DNA of 64,000 nucleotides from Takakia lepidozioides (taxonomy: Eukaryota > Plantae > Bryophyta), in assembly GCA_030704615.1 (NCBI GenBank), contig CM060731.1, positions 62,682,001 to 62,746,000 on the forward strand, given 5' to 3'. Positions within the stretch are counted from its first letter, which is position 1. Each line of letters opens with the position of its first letter. Both the position numbers and the translations under genes were made by a program. Under the pieces are notes generated by a model that was not told where the DNA came from, searched no databases, and was given only the letters and a program-made list of their open reading frames with translations. Of the stretch, positions 61,871 through 64,000 are shown one piece after another.

Positions 61871-63019
61871 CAGTACATATTCAGATGTACAGATGTAGAG
61901 CTTTCTGATCAAGTGTAAGGAAGATTTGAGTTGTAACATGCTGCAATTTGCAGGTTTAGATGTCGGCTAGATCTCAAGAAGTAGAACCAGGCATTCTGTG
62001 AAAGTTATGACTGTCACTAAGGTGGGTTACCCAAGTTGTCCGAAGTAGGGAAACATGAGACTCATTTCACTGTACACCAGCTCAATACAACAACTGCATA
62101 GTTGGAGCCGATCAATTGATCTTTCTTGCATGTGAAGTAAAGCTTCTCACTGAAAGAAGAAACTTTGTTTGTTTGTCTTTTGGCAATGGCCACACAAAAC
62201 GGCCACTTTTCATTCTTTGCTTCCCCCAACATAGCCAGAATGCAGACTCAAGAGTCTAGTTCAAGTAGAAAGGGGGCAACTATGCGGACCCTCAGCCAGA
62301 TACGTGCTGTTGCATTTACTTCATCATCGCTTCCTTTCAATAAGTTGCTTGTAAGTTCTTATTCAGCTGCACCCTCACCAGCCATATAATCCAGCTCCTC
62401 TGGTTCGCCTTCATTCCATGAGTTCATGGCATACTTGACCTCTGAATTAAGAGATGCCACAGATAAACTCCCTTCAGCTGCTCTTCAAGCAAAGATTCCG
62501 CACAAGTGAACTTGGCCCATTCAGGAAAGGAAGAGAAAATGGTAATGGCAAGTAGAGACATGCTTGCCACTGGCAACAAAGTTTGGTAGCATCTGGCTAT
62601 CCACCATGAGTATTTAACCAGGAACACCTTTCTTAAACTTGCCAGGGACAAATCTACCAATTTTCCACAGGCAGCTGAGATGATTTGGTACTATGGAGAT
62701 GCTTTTCATGTATATAGATCCTTGACCTGTGAAGGCTGAGATTTTTTTTTGAGGATGTCAGACTTCCTAAGGGATTTTCTTCATGCCTGCCTGTCCTTGC
62801 AATCTGTGGAGAACATCTCTGCAATAAGCTTTTCCATGTCTTCACTGCTTTCGTGAGATAGTCATGTGCAAGGTGTAACCATAACCTCAGCAGAACTGCA
62901 GTACTGATTGTCACAATAAAATCCATTGTTTCCTCCAAGCATACACAGTGCTTAATTAGATGCAAGTCATCTCCACTCATGTTTGAAACAAATCATTTCA
63001 CGCATGCTGCTTGTTTCCG

Positions 63020-64000
63020 CAATGGTCCCAACCAGAACAAAGGGACTGTCTCCAAAGAGTGAATGCGGTTCACATTCCATACAACTGTTCGCCCAACAAG
63101 CTTTTAGATGAATTAGGTGGCCATGTGTCAGTCATCGCACACCCGAAAGCTCTTGATCATCCAGGTAGGCAAAAGAAACGGTCACCTGCTCCCTGTGATG
63201 GCAAAGATAAATCTCATTTTGCTCCTCCTTATCATGCAATGGAAAGCACGTGTCATACCCAGCCTTTATCATCCACCCTGATCATTAACCTCAATACAGC
63301 TGTGCACTTCTCACACCTCTATCCTCCATCATTTTTCTCACCTTTGCTTTCTCATCCCACCTGACAGCTGTAGCATAAATGGTTAATAGCAGTGCATATT
63401 CTGCAGGGTCATGTGGTTCCCACCAGAGAAAGGATTTTACAGCACGTTCTGCTATCTGTACATTGCCATGAAGTCTGCAGGCACCAAGCAATGTGCGCAA
63501 CACGGAAGCATTTTGGCTTCATTGGCATTTTGGCAATGAAGTCCTCTGCCACATCCAAACGCCCTGCCCGACCAAGAAGATCCACCATGCAGCCGAAATG
63601 TTCCATAGTAGGTCTGAGTCTATAATCTCGACTCATGGAATCAAACTGGTGACAGCCTTGAGTTCACTAAGCCCAAATGCCTACAAGCGGAGAGAACTGA
63701 ACTGAAGGTGATACTGTTTGGCTTTAAACCTTCTTGTTGCATTTGTTCAAACAGTTGGAGGGCTTCCCTACCACAACCATGTTGGGCATATCCTGCAATC
63801 ATTGCACTCCATGCCATCAAATTTCGTTTAATCATCTTGTCGGACACTAGGCGAGCATCCTTTACACTCCCAAATTTGGAATACATGTCAACAAGACTGG
63901 TTCCCCAAGACGATACATGGCACAATTCCAACTTTGATGAGTTCATCTTTGCCCTTTTCGAGGGCTCCTAGGCCGGCACAAGCATTGAGAACACACATGT
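63020..64000 (-). pseudogene. Degenerate PLS-PPR-DYW gene (continues past the window end)
   Basis: [55 protein letters not shown], spread over several frames with an eroded DYW tail. Confidence 0.87.

Noticed and set aside
62180-62990. Possible decayed ARM/U-box-like gene fragment on the minus strand
   Set aside because: Only a vague resemblance (LLKGSDDEVNATARI) amid stops; not supportable without a search.

Overview
Eukaryotic nuclear DNA, most likely from a non-seed land plant (bryophyte/lycophyte/fern-like). This rests on GT-AG introns, expanded PLS/DYW PPR genes and an iMet-primed chromovirus; the species cannot be determined. The left 35 kb is a nest of transposons. It holds a chromodomain Ty3/gypsy element whose 5' LTR abuts an intron of an unusual spliced gene that fuses a ParB/Sulfiredoxin-like domain to a bacterial-type beta-class N4C/N6A DNA methyltransferase domain (5707-10025). 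The introns of that gene carry seven copies of a 24-bp palindrome, and a Helitron-like hairpin+CTAG lies downstream. Next comes a complete 15.3-kb CACTA transposon (TIRs, AGC TSD) with an intact TnpD, a divergently oriented TnpA containing an FCP1/NIF phosphatase domain, and captured PPR/LINE fragments. A decayed gag, L1 remnants and a solo LTR follow. The right 29 kb is genic: AMP deaminase, an intact PPR-DYW gene, a PLS-PPR with an eroded DYW tail, PPR fragments and an F-box gene. The most interesting candidate system is the ParB-methyltransferase gene with its own intronic palindrome array. All domain calls come from motif recognition by eye, not database searches.
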